DNA from: an uncultured virus (IMG/VR IMGVR_UViG_3300022914_000005)
Taxonomy: Duplodnaviria; Heunggongvirae; Uroviricota; Caudoviricetes
DNA: 64,000 bases
IMG/VR virus record: IMGVR_UViG_3300022914_000005
Reading direction: 5' to 3' (one strand)
Notes under the pieces: generated by a model
What the model saw: the letters and a program-made list of their open reading frames with translations, nothing else
Databases searched by the model: none
Told to the model about the DNA's origin: nothing
Shown: positions 8,316 to 17,671 of the stretch, piece by piece
Position numbering within the stretch: position 1 is the stretch's first letter
Layout: each line of letters starts with the position of its first letter
Translations under genes and position numbers: made by a program

Positions 8316-10295
8316 ATGACAACATTTGATCCAGCGCAGCCAGTGTACCGCTACTTTGTCGCGGACCTAATGACAAACTCGGTTCTTGCCGAGATACCTT
8401 TTACAGGCGTCACGTACGACAGAGCTCTTAAAGGCGCCGGAACATTTTCAGGGCAGGTCGCTGTTCTTGACGACACAGTAGCAGCAAACCTGTACGACTA
8501 CACAGTCCCGGGAAAAACCTCGCTATACATTGTAAGAAACAATGTCTGCGTATGGGGAGGAATCATTTGGGGAAGATCGTACAGCATCACTGAAAAAGTT
8601 CTAAACGTCAGTGGGTCAGAGTTTACGAGCTACCTCTACCATCGCAACATTTGGAAGACGTACAGCCATGACTTTGCCGGAACCACTGTCGTTGATGTTC
8701 TTGGTAACGCAACAACTACGTTGACATTTGGTTCATTTAACTTTGTCCCTGGCTCAACAATCGCAGTCGAGTTCTACGAGGTTGGAAACTTTCAATACAG
8801 CGGCTACTACACAGTCCTTTCACTCGGGCTGTCGTCAACAACCGTGGCGGTTAGCATTCCAGGAATGCCTGCCGGGACGTATGACAACACGACGGTAAGA
8901 GTTCGCGTAGATACATATGACTACGTTCGGCAGCTACTCGATCAGATGAACATTGACTTCTCTGGCATACAATTTCCAAACGGAGAAATTGAGCCGACGC
9001 TTACTCTCGACTACGACATCACGACAAAGTCACTGACTTCTAATGTAGCGACATTGACGACGTCAACTGCACACAACATGATACCCGGTCAGTCAGTTCT
9101 GGTAAAGAACGTTGACTCGACGTTCGACGGCACGCACACGGTTGTATCAAAGACTGACACGACATTTTCGTACGCTAAGACAGCATCAAACGTTGGCAGC
9201 ACCGCGGTTTCAGTTGTGTCAAGAACAGTGTCTCAAAAAGAGATGTCTGAAAACGTTGCCACTCTTACTACAAGTGTTGCTCACGGTTTTTCAGTCGGAC
9301 AAACCGTTGACATTGAAAACGTCGATTCGCTTACCTCAGACTACGTAATATTCAACGGCACTCACACGATCACGAGTGTTCCATCCTCGACTACATTTAC
9401 GTACTCGGTCTTTTCATTCGAACCGAACGTCGACGCGACCGCCGTGTCTGGAACCGCGACGTTGACGCCAAGAGCTCTTTCGAGCACATACGGACCGTAT
9501 CCCGCGAATGCGGACATCGGAATCGAGTACTCGACCGCGGCGTACAGCGGCGTCAATGTTCCAAACGTCACCTACCGCGGCTACGAACTTCGCTCGATTG
9601 GTGAAGAACTCGACGAGTACTCAGACACTGTTGACGGCTTTGAGTATCGGATTGACTGCGAATACGATTCATTGACTGGCACGTTTACTCGAACGTTCGT
9701 GCTTCTTCCGATCAACTTCCCCAACCCGCCGCCTGCTGGAGAAGCCGCTCCTCTAAGTAGATACGGCGCTGATCAGTTCGTATTCGAGTATCCTGGAAAC
9801 GTAAATGAAGTTTCTATCAGCGAATCTGCTGAAAACTCAGCGACTCGATTCTTTGTTGTTGGCAACATCGGCGATCTTGGCTCAGATGCGAGTCAACCAT
9901 ACGCCGTTGCCGCTGATACCGGGCTACTCGACGCTGGATGGCCACTGCTCGATATGGAGGAGACGCGTGGAGAAGCGTACGACGAAAACATTCTCTACAG
10001 CTACGCCTCGCGCTATTTGGCAGAGTTTCGTCCACCGCTCACCGACATGTCGATCACAGTCAACGGCTCACTCGACCCAACTGTTGGAACGTACTCTCCA
10101 GGAGACTGGTGCGCGCTCATTGTAGACGATCCGTTCATTCAACTTCGACTTTTGAGCAACCTTGAGCCGAGAGACGACATTATTGTTCGTAAGATCGAAG
10201 GTTTCTCAGTAACAGTGCCGGACGGCAACACGTTCCCTGAGACGGTGCAGCTACAACTTGTAGCCGAGTCGGAGGTAGATAAGATTGGCGAGTAA
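8316..10295 (+). CDS. Minor tail/baseplate hub (Tal-like) protein with inserted beta modules, 659 aa
   Basis: YRYFVADL..LAEIP..YDRALKGAGTF..VWGGIIW N-terminus and FEYPGNV..GWPLLD..YSPGD C-terminus of actinophage minor tail proteins; follows Dit. Confidence 0.7.
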   Translation: MTTFDPAQPVYRYFVADLMTNSVLAEIPFTGVTYDRALKGAGTFSGQVAVLDDTVAANLYDYTVPGKTSLYIVRNNVCVWGGIIWGRSYSITEKVLNVSGSEFTSYLYHRNIWKTYSHDFAGTTVVDVLGNATTTLTFGSFNFVPGSTIAVEFYEVGNFQYSGYYTVLSLGLSSTTVAVSIPGMPAGTYDNTTVRVRVDTYDYVRQLLDQMNIDFSGIQFPNGEIEPTLTLDYDITTKSLTSNVATLTTSTAHNMIPGQSVLVKNVDSTFDGTHTVVSKTDTTFSYAKTASNVGSTAVSVVSRTVSQKEMSENVATLTTSVAHGFSVGQTVDIENVDSLTSDYVIFNGTHTITSVPSSTTFTYSVFSFEPNVDATAVSGTATLTPRALSSTYGPYPANADIGIEYSTAAYSGVNVPNVTYRGYELRSIGEELDEYSDTVDGFEYRIDCEYDSLTGTFTRTFVLLPINFPNPPPAGEAAPLSRYGADQFVFEYPGNVNEVSISESAENSATRFFVVGNIGDLGSDASQPYAVAADTGLLDAGWPLLDMEETRGEAYDENILYSYASRYLAEFRPPLTDMSITVNGSLDPTVGTYSPGDWCALIVDDPFIQLRLLSNLEPRDDIIVRKIEGFSVTVPDGNTFPETVQLQLVAESEVDKIGE

Positions 10296-11820
10296 TCTTA
10301 GAAGAAGCAAAAGAACGTTCGGTCAAAGATATCTAAGAACTGAGCAAAGAGCGTCTGCGTCCTCGCGCAACCCAGCGCCGCGAAGAATCGGTGCAAGAGT
10401 TATTACGACAAACAATATTGCACCGAGATCTGTGACTACGGTCGTGCTAGCAAACGACGTTGTTCAAGACATCGAGTACGCTCAGGCCGCTGCAAACGGT
10501 AAAAATACGATCTACTACAGCGCAACGGAGCCGTCTGGCGGCACGTACACTGAAGGCGATTTGTGGTTCGAGACAGACAACGACAACGCGCTAGCACGCT
10601 GGGACGGCGCAGCGTGGCAGTCGTTTGGTCTGGGCAACGCGGCGTTCTCAAACATTGACGCCGGTAAGATTACATCTGGCACGATCAGCACTGCTATTCT
10701 CTTCGCGGGAGAGCTCACCGCTGCTCGAGGAACGTTTGGTGGATTTATTTCCGCTGGAAACGTTCAAATTGGCGACGGCATCTACAGCAATGCAAATTAT
10801 CGCGGAGTGACACTCGATTCTGGGAACTCGAACAACGCCTGGTACGTAGACACGTCGACTGGAAATGTGTACTTCAAGGTCGGTAGTGCAACTCAATATA
10901 TGACGTGGAACGGCACTGCGCTGAACATCGTCGGTACCATCACTGGCTCAACAATTAGCGGTACTACTATCACCACGTCGACGTTTTCCGCAGGCAATCC
11001 AACTGGCGATGGCGTATCAATCACTGGCACTCAGGTGCTTATTAACACGACTGGCACTACCTCGAGCGCGTCTCTTAAGTTTAATACAAACGCAGGCTCT
11101 GGCACAAACTATATTACGGGGGATAAAGCATTAGAAATTACAACAGGCGGAAGCAGTAAAACTTTCATCAACATGGGTAACACAAGCGGCTCCGGCGTGG
11201 GCAGAGTATACGCTGGCGCATTGTACTTTGAGACGTACAATGCAGAGGTAACTAGGCTAACGGCTAGCGTTATAGGTCAAAATAGGCTTGGCAGTACTGT
11301 TCGAGTTAGCGATTACTACGGTGTAGATATTTCTCTTAGTGATGAACTTTATGCGGGAAGGGTTACGGTTACAGGTGCTTTGAATGTGTATGGCACGAAA
11401 AACTTTTCCATTCAGCACCCACTGGACGAAGATCGCTATCTAGTACACGCTGCTGTTGAGGGCCCTACTGCTGATCTTATATATCGAGGTACCTCTAGCC
11501 TTGAAAACGGTTTAGTTGAGGTAGAACTTCCAAGATATTTTGAGGCAGCGTCAAAATTAGAAGGTAGAACGGTGTTTATTACGCCAAAAATTGCAGATGA
11601 CGGCTCTCAGTGCAACATGGCAGCTTCGTCTGTAGAAAATGGTAAGTTCACAGTTTCCACTCAAGGGTGCATTGATAGCTGTTCTCATCAGTTTGATTGG
11701 CTGGTACTTGCAATTCGTGGAGATGTTGAAACAGTCGTTGAGCCACTAAAGTCGGAGTACAATGTTAGAAAAGAAAAAGAAGTTCTGCCAGAGATAGATC
11801 CAAATCTCACAGCGGGCTAG
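10285..11820 (+). CDS. Tail spike/fibre protein, 511 aa
   Basis: ANGKNTIYY..EP..GDLWF, IDAGKITSGTI, T/S/G-rich shaft, C-terminal KNFSIQHP..YLVHAAVEGP..YRG domain. Confidence 0.7.
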   Translation: MASNLRRSKRTFGQRYLRTEQRASASSRNPAPRRIGARVITTNNIAPRSVTTVVLANDVVQDIEYAQAAANGKNTIYYSATEPSGGTYTEGDLWFETDNDNALARWDGAAWQSFGLGNAAFSNIDAGKITSGTISTAILFAGELTAARGTFGGFISAGNVQIGDGIYSNANYRGVTLDSGNSNNAWYVDTSTGNVYFKVGSATQYMTWNGTALNIVGTITGSTISGTTITTSTFSAGNPTGDGVSITGTQVLINTTGTTSSASLKFNTNAGSGTNYITGDKALEITTGGSSKTFINMGNTSGSGVGRVYAGALYFETYNAEVTRLTASVIGQNRLGSTVRVSDYYGVDISLSDELYAGRVTVTGALNVYGTKNFSIQHPLDEDRYLVHAAVEGPTADLIYRGTSSLENGLVEVELPRYFEAASKLEGRTVFITPKIADDGSQCNMAASSVENGKFTVSTQGCIDSCSHQFDWLVLAIRGDVETVVEPLKSEYNVRKEKEVLPEIDPNLTAG

Positions 11821-11907
11821 TTGACTAAGTCGATTTTGACGTCAATTTGTACACGAGATAAAAAAGAACGGGATAGAATTTCACTACACGTAGTGAAAGA
11901 GAATTCA

Positions 11908-12384
11908 ATGATACACATCAAAGACGGCGATAGAACTCTTCAGTTTAACGGAGAGCTACTGGGAAAATCATCATCGTGGCGAAGAGGATCTCTTCGCTGG
12001 ATAGAATTCGAGCTTTACAAGACAGAAAATGGCTCGTATGTTCTATCAAGAGTCGGCGTGTCAGTAGTCTACCACGGCGCGGCCTGTCATCTTGTGAAGA
12101 GATACAATCTTCAAGATGCCCCAGTAGCGAATCTCCAAAGTAGAGAGAACATGGTCCCATGTGACTCATGCTCTCCATCATTCGCGGCAGAAATCGTGTT
12201 TCCGGAGAAGAATCGCCACTGGGCACAGGTAAGTGAGAATCCAGACGCCGTGCTCGAGGCGCTCTACAAATACGACGACAGCGGCGCACGCTACCTAACG
12301 CATGTAGCACAGCGGCTTCTCGAGGAGGCGTCAAACGCCGATCGAGGCATCTCAGACGTCTACAGAGTAGAGATCATTCCATAA
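11908..12384 (+). CDS. Hypothetical protein (158 aa from ATG 11908)
   Basis: Open frame with LQFNGELLG..RWIEFELYKT; the TTG start at 11821 is less plausible because TAGAAT at 11874 precedes ATG 11908. Confidence 0.7.
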   Translation: MIHIKDGDRTLQFNGELLGKSSSWRRGSLRWIEFELYKTENGSYVLSRVGVSVVYHGAACHLVKRYNLQDAPVANLQSRENMVPCDSCSPSFAAEIVFPEKNRHWAQVSENPDAVLEALYKYDDSGARYLTHVAQRLLEEASNADRGISDVYRVEIIP

Positions 12385-12447
12385 TCTTTCGCTCTGTCAC
12401 GAGATTTTTCTCGTTTCCGTGTAGTATCGAAAAGACGGAGGGATGGA

Positions 12448-13449
12448 ATGTTTATCGTCATCGAAGGCACTGACGCCTCGGGAAAGTCTACTCTTGTAGA
12501 CGCTGTTGTCTCTGAACTCACCGGGCAGCGGTCAACTGCCGGCGCGATTCAGTACCACAAGGGCGCGCCGAAAGAGTTCACTCGCAAAGGCGTACTTTCA
12601 GAGTACGTAGAAGACATTCAAGACTTCAACTGGTTCTCAGCGACAGCAGTCGCTGATCGATGGCATTGGGGTGAGGTAACGTATGCTCCGATCAAGCGTC
12701 GTCATACTAACATTGACGGCTTTGGTCTACTTGGCGTTGCTGGCTGGCGATGGACCGAGATGTTTCTTCGCGCTCGCGGCATTACTCAGTTTTGGCTGTA
12801 TCAGCCGCTTGAGATTATTCAGCAAAGAATTAGAGAACGCGGAGACGACTTTGTAGAAGAGCATGAGCTCGAGCATATTTTAAGTCTCTACTCTTATGCG
12901 TTCGACAACACCATGTCGTGCATTAAGTTGCAGCCGTCAAACGGCGGATTAGATCAAGTAGCAAACCTGGCGCGTGACGTCATCAGCTACGCTAAGACAT
13001 TGCAATCTGAAGTTCAGCATCTAGAAAGATTTACTTGGTACATCGGACCTCCAAAGCCAAAGGCGCTTCTCGTCGGTGACGAAAGAAACGACGAGACTGA
13101 CACGATGTTGCCTTTCAAGCCTTCCGGTGCAAATTCAGCAGACTATTTGTTGAACGCCCTACCGTGCGAAACCTGGCGCGACTACGGAATCATAAATTCT
13201 GCCGATGTCTATGGAGAAGACATCATACGACTATATGAAGCTCTTAATCGGCCAAAAGTTATAGCCCTTGGTCGCATGGCAGAAAAGCGTCTTCGTCAAT
13301 GCTCACTCTACGAAAGTCTATACACAGTTCTTCCGCATCCTCAACATGTTAGACGATTTCACTACTCTGATCAAACAGAGTATGGTCGCGCAATTGATAG
13401 CTTCGCAAACGGAAACACACAGGAGTATGCGTCATGGGTTCTTCGCTGA
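12448..13449 (+). CDS. dNMP (thymidylate-kinase-like) kinase fused to a uracil-DNA-glycosylase-fold domain
   Basis: N-terminal IVIEGTDASGKST P-loop and DR motif; C-terminal LLVGDE..LPF..SADYL..VIALGRMA..LPHPQ; GGAGG RBS. Confidence 0.75.
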   Translation: MFIVIEGTDASGKSTLVDAVVSELTGQRSTAGAIQYHKGAPKEFTRKGVLSEYVEDIQDFNWFSATAVADRWHWGEVTYAPIKRRHTNIDGFGLLGVAGWRWTEMFLRARGITQFWLYQPLEIIQQRIRERGDDFVEEHELEHILSLYSYAFDNTMSCIKLQPSNGGLDQVANLARDVISYAKTLQSEVQHLERFTWYIGPPKPKALLVGDERNDETDTMLPFKPSGANSADYLLNALPCETWRDYGIINSADVYGEDIIRLYEALNRPKVIALGRMAEKRLRQCSLYESLYTVLPHPQHVRRFHYSDQTEYGRAIDSFANGNTQEYASWVLR

Positions 13450-14306
13450 CAGCAATTCACATCGAAGACGGAGTAAACGGCTACGTTGATCTTGTTCATC
13501 ACGTGCTTGAGCACGGCCGCGAGGTGTCCCCACGCGGTGTGAAGACAAGAGAAATTGAAGACGCAACTGTATTCATAGACAACGTGTACGACGCAATGCC
13601 GATGGGCGTTGGTCGAGGTGTCGTCCCGGGCATTGGCGCCGTTGAGGCGTGCCAACTCGTCGCCGGTAGGAGCACGCCACGGACAGTGATTGCTATAGGT
13701 CCGCAGTTTACGAATTACGCTGAGAACAACGGAGAATTTCACGGAGCGTACGGTCTACGTACAAATGGCCAGTACGCTCACGTTGTAGACAAAATCAAGA
13801 GTGACCCAGACACGCGGCAAGCAGTCGTGACGATCTGGAACCCTGAGTTTGACAACATGCCACAGAAGCGTGACTACCCATGCACAGTTCTTCATCAGTT
13901 TAGAGTTCGTGACGGCAAACTAAATATGAGTGTCTACATGCGCTCAAACGACGTGTGGCTTGGTGCAGCGTACGACTTTTTCCAGTTCACGCGGGTGCAG
14001 TTAGCGATCTGCTCGATACTTGGAATAGAGCCAGGCACGTATGCGCATCACGTTGGGTCGCTTCACATCTACGAGTCAAATATAGATGCGGTGACTAAGT
14101 TGCGTAAGACGAGCGCCCCTGTCGACCCAATTCCGTATTTTGCTGGCAACTCGTGGGCAGACGTCGCACTATCTGCGCAGAACTGTCTTCTCGCCGTTGA
14201 CCCCGAAGCTTTGCACGTACCGGAGCTAAACGATACAGAGCTCTGGTACGTTAACGCAATGCGCTCCGCTATCGAGAGCAACGAGGCCAAACTCGGAAAT
14301 GCCTAG
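13434..14306 (+). CDS. Thymidylate-synthase-family enzyme of dCMP type (dCMP hydroxymethylase/methylase-like)
   Basis: DTRQAV, DYPCT (catalytic Cys 13881-13883), MRSNDVWLGAAYD, GSLHIY; Asp at the E. coli ThyA Asn177 position. Confidence 0.85.
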   Translation: MGSSLTAIHIEDGVNGYVDLVHHVLEHGREVSPRGVKTREIEDATVFIDNVYDAMPMGVGRGVVPGIGAVEACQLVAGRSTPRTVIAIGPQFTNYAENNGEFHGAYGLRTNGQYAHVVDKIKSDPDTRQAVVTIWNPEFDNMPQKRDYPCTVLHQFRVRDGKLNMSVYMRSNDVWLGAAYDFFQFTRVQLAICSILGIEPGTYAHHVGSLHIYESNIDAVTKLRKTSAPVDPIPYFAGNSWADVALSAQNCLLAVDPEALHVPELNDTELWYVNAMRSAIESNEAKLGNA

Positions 14307-14511
14307 TGATGAAAACGAAGAAGCTTTTGAGTATGCGTCTCCGATGCATGCCGCAGCGATTGGCATGCACGAGATGTACATCACGCTGAAGTCTGCCGGG
14401 TTTTCAAGAACTGAAGCTCTCGAGTTGATAGCAAGAATGCTTTCATACGGAGTCACAGAGACTCTAATAATTGAGAGCGAGCTTGGTGACGATGACGACG
14501 ACGACGACTAA
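14299..14511 (+). CDS. Small acidic hypothetical protein, 70 aa
   Basis: Coupled ORF; HEMY..LKSAGFSRTEALEL helical motif. Confidence 0.7.
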   Translation: MPSDENEEAFEYASPMHAAAIGMHEMYITLKSAGFSRTEALELIARMLSYGVTETLIIESELGDDDDDDD

Positions 14512-14980
14512 CGCGCGGCCATCGTGGCAGTCGACATGGCTCACCGTTGCGACTGTTATTTCGCTGCGCTCACGGTGCTCAAGAGCGCAGATGGGCGCAG
14601 TTGTAGTGTCAAAAGACCAGCGTGTCTGCGCCACCGGCTATAACGGGCCGTCGGCGTCGTGGCCTGAAAGCGGCGACTGTATCGACTGGTGCCCAAGAGC
14701 GCGCGGCGAGTCACCACTAGACAACATCTATGACCAGTGCCCGTCAATTCACGCTGAAGCAAACGCGCTGCTGTACGTAGACAGATCAAGCGTTGAAGGC
14801 GGAACAATATACATCACAAGTCCGCCGTGTATGCAGTGCGCAAAGCTAATTACAAATTCCGGGTTGTTGCACGTCGTATGTTATATTGGCGAGCACGACA
14901 TGCACCGCAATCCGTTGGATGTCGTCGAGTACATTAAAAAGTGTGGAATAAGCGTTACGCTTGTCGCGCACTCGGAGTGA
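14492..14980 (+). CDS. dCMP deaminase
   Basis: RPSW, RSRCSRAQMGAVVV, TGYNG, HAEANAL, PCMQCAK zinc-deaminase motifs; start could be 14471 or 14492. Confidence 0.9.
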   Translation: MTTTTTNARPSWQSTWLTVATVISLRSRCSRAQMGAVVVSKDQRVCATGYNGPSASWPESGDCIDWCPRARGESPLDNIYDQCPSIHAEANALLYVDRSSVEGGTIYITSPPCMQCAKLITNSGLLHVVCYIGEHDMHRNPLDVVEYIKKCGISVTLVAHSE

Positions 14981-14986
14981 CGTATA

Positions 14987-16804
14987 GTGGCTGATCTTTC
15001 TCAAGTACAACTTCACCTTGTCAACAGCGTAGAGTCTGCGAATGACTTTCTTTCGTGGCTTAGCGAACGACGGCCACACAACGCCATCGCGATCGACACG
15101 GAGACGGGCGAGATACCTGGAAACCCGAGGCAGCATGCGCTGTCACCGTGGCACGGACGTCTTCGGCTAGTTCAGGTCGGTGATGGCATGCAGGGCTGGT
15201 CAATACCGTGGGACGAATGGTCGGGAGTGTTCTACCAGGCGATGGAGCGCTTTGACGGTCCGATCGTCTGCCACAACATCGCGTTCGAGGCACGCTGGTT
15301 TGAGACTCAGTCACGCTGGAAAATGCCATGGCATCGCGCGCATGACACGATGATTATGGCTCACATTGTCGACCCGCTTGGTTCAGGCGCACTGAAGCGT
15401 CTTGCCGCGCTGCACGTCGACGCGCGTGCAGTTGCATTACAAGACACTCTTGATCAAGAGCTATCAGCCAACGGTTGGACCTGGGGAACTGTTCCCACAA
15501 ACTTTGAGCCGTACTGGTCGTATGGCGCGCTCGACTGCGTTCTTACAATGCGTCTCTGGGAAATGTTCTACGAAAAGTGCGGACCTAACGGCGCGTACCA
15601 CAAACCGTATGAGCTCGAGATGGCGACTCGTAAGATCGTCACGAGAATGGAGATCAACGGCGCTCGAGTTGATCTTGACTACTCGCAGAGAAAGTACAAC
15701 GAGCTTAGCTCATACACCGAGTCTGTAAAGAACTGGGCTAAGAATACGTACAACGGAACTTCTATAACGAGCAACATACAACTTGTTCGGCTGTTTGAGA
15801 GTCTTGGCGCTGAGATCACTGAGTTTACTCCGACCGGTCAGAAGTCTTGCACAAAGGATCAATTGAGGCTGCTAGCACAGAGCCCGATAGCGGAGGTCGC
15901 TAATCTCGCGGACACTGTTCTCAAGCAGCGTAAGGCCGACAAACTTGCTGGAACGTACTTTCTAAACTTTCTCACTGAGTCAATTGACGGCATTGTTCAC
16001 CCGTCTGTGAAGACTCTTGGCGCTCGAACGAGCAGAATGTCGATCACAAATCCGGCGCTACAGACATTGCCGAAAGGCGATGACGTTGTTCGCCGAGCGT
16101 TCATCCCAAAAGACGATGACCACGTGATTATCACTTCTGACCTCGACCAGGTTGAGTTCAGAATGTTCGCGTCTCTATCTAAAGATCCAAATCTAATTAC
16201 GCTGTTCAACAGGGCGGACGCAACTGGCTCTGACCCGTTCACGGAGATTGGCAGAGAGATCTACAACGATCCGACGATGCAGAAGTCCGATAAGCGCCGC
16301 GCGCTGATTAAAGGCACGGTGTACGGAAGACTCTATGGCGCCGGTGTCGCGAAGCAAGCCGTAACTGCCGGCGTTCCTGAGCCACAGATGCGACAAGTTT
16401 CTGATGCATTTGATCGCAGATTTCCGGGCATGTCGTACTTTCAAAAGCAGATCGAGGACGCCGGCATGCGAAGGTTGCAGAGCGAGGGCCAAGGCTACGT
16501 ATATACGTGGACAGGAAGAAGACTGCCGTGCGACGAAGACAGAGTTTACACGCTTGTGAACTACCTCATTCAGGGTGGAGCGGCAGAGGTCTTCAAAGCA
16601 AATCTTGTCAAACTCGATCAAGCCGATTTGACTGAACTTCTCATCGTCCCGGTTCACGACGAAATAGTTCTACAGGCGCCACGAAAAGACGCAGACGAGA
16701 TCAAGCAGATAGTGAAGCAATGCATGACCACGTCTGACGGCTGGGATGTGCCACTGACCGCTGACGTAGACGGCCCGCTAGAGACGTGGGGCGACAAGTA
16801 CTAG
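14987..16804 (+). CDS. polA: Family A DNA polymerase (3'-5' exonuclease + polymerase)
   Basis: Exo DTETG, HNIAFE, YGALD; motif A DLDQVEFR, motif B RALIKGTVYGRLYG, motif C VHDE. Confidence 0.95.
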   Translation: MADLSQVQLHLVNSVESANDFLSWLSERRPHNAIAIDTETGEIPGNPRQHALSPWHGRLRLVQVGDGMQGWSIPWDEWSGVFYQAMERFDGPIVCHNIAFEARWFETQSRWKMPWHRAHDTMIMAHIVDPLGSGALKRLAALHVDARAVALQDTLDQELSANGWTWGTVPTNFEPYWSYGALDCVLTMRLWEMFYEKCGPNGAYHKPYELEMATRKIVTRMEINGARVDLDYSQRKYNELSSYTESVKNWAKNTYNGTSITSNIQLVRLFESLGAEITEFTPTGQKSCTKDQLRLLAQSPIAEVANLADTVLKQRKADKLAGTYFLNFLTESIDGIVHPSVKTLGARTSRMSITNPALQTLPKGDDVVRRAFIPKDDDHVIITSDLDQVEFRMFASLSKDPNLITLFNRADATGSDPFTEIGREIYNDPTMQKSDKRRALIKGTVYGRLYGAGVAKQAVTAGVPEPQMRQVSDAFDRRFPGMSYFQKQIEDAGMRRLQSEGQGYVYTWTGRRLPCDEDRVYTLVNYLIQGGAAEVFKANLVKLDQADLTELLIVPVHDEIVLQAPRKDADEIKQIVKQCMTTSDGWDVPLTADVDGPLETWGDKY

Positions 16805-17121
16805 TGAATAGGTACATGGAAAAAGCGATAGAGCTCGCTCACAGCAGCAAGTGCAGGCACAAGCACGGGTGCGTTGTAGTCAAAAACGGAAAGATCATTT
16901 CAAAAGCCACAAACAAAAAAGTCGGAGACCCGTCCGTGGAGTTTCGTCTCGCGCTTCACGCGGAGTTTGCGGCTGTTGTAGCGGCAGGAACGCACGCCGC
17001 GGGTTCAACAGTCTATGTAGCCAGAGTCCAAGCAGACGGCTCGACTGCGCTGTCTAAGCCTTGTAAGAAGTGTGAAAATATGATGAAAAGATCTGGAGTA
17101 TCTAAGGTAGTGTGGACATGA
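16804..17121 (+). CDS. Second cytidine/deoxycytidylate-deaminase-fold protein
   Basis: HGCVVV, LHAEFAA, SKPCKKC; GTG start at 16804 overlaps the polA stop. Confidence 0.8.
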   Translation: MNRYMEKAIELAHSSKCRHKHGCVVVKNGKIISKATNKKVGDPSVEFRLALHAEFAAVVAAGTHAAGSTVYVARVQADGSTALSKPCKKCENMMKRSGVSKVVWT

Positions 17122-17582
17122 CAATTTATTTGTGCGTCGATCCAGGAAAAATGAGCGGTATAGCCGCCATAAGCTACGACCATCAAGAAGCGCCAGAGCT
17201 AGTCGCGTCAGGCGAGTACGACGCCAGAAACTATCATAAGCCGATCATAGAAACTATTGTAGCGTCTTATTACACTAAGACACCGATCAAGGTGATTTGT
17301 GAAAGGTTTACGATCAACGCGCAGACTGTTAAGAACTCTCAAGCGCCGTACAGTCTAGAGCAGATCGGAGTTCTCAAGCACTTGATGCTTGTAAATGGGC
17401 TTGAACCCGACGACATAGTGTTTCAGTCACCGTCAGACGCAAAGAGAATGTTTGACAACAGCGCACTGAAAAAGTTAGACTTTTGGCACAAAGGTGGAGA
17501 CGGCCATGCGCTTGACGCGATACGTCACGGTTTGTTGGCAGTCACAAAGGATGGCTGGGTGCCTCGTGCTTTGTTACAATAG
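17112..17582 (+). CDS. RuvC-like Holliday junction resolvase
   Basis: LCVDPG, ICERF, HALDAIRH RNase-H-fold acidic residues. Confidence 0.7.
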   Translation: MDMTIYLCVDPGKMSGIAAISYDHQEAPELVASGEYDARNYHKPIIETIVASYYTKTPIKVICERFTINAQTVKNSQAPYSLEQIGVLKHLMLVNGLEPDDIVFQSPSDAKRMFDNSALKKLDFWHKGGDGHALDAIRHGLLAVTKDGWVPRALLQ

Positions 17583-17671
17583 ATACTGAAGAAAAAACTT
17601 CAACATGTGCATACTTTGCACTGTAATATGTGATACAGTGATGATTACTCAACGACGACAAGAGGTTTTTA

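Noticed and set aside
14488..14511. (GAC)n run as a phase-variable repeat
   Set aside because: An in-frame triplet run encoding an acidic tail overlapping the next start; length change would not shift the frame.
17583..17671. AT-rich gap with three short palindromes as a replication origin
   Set aside because: No iterons; adequately explained as the promoter region of the helicase.
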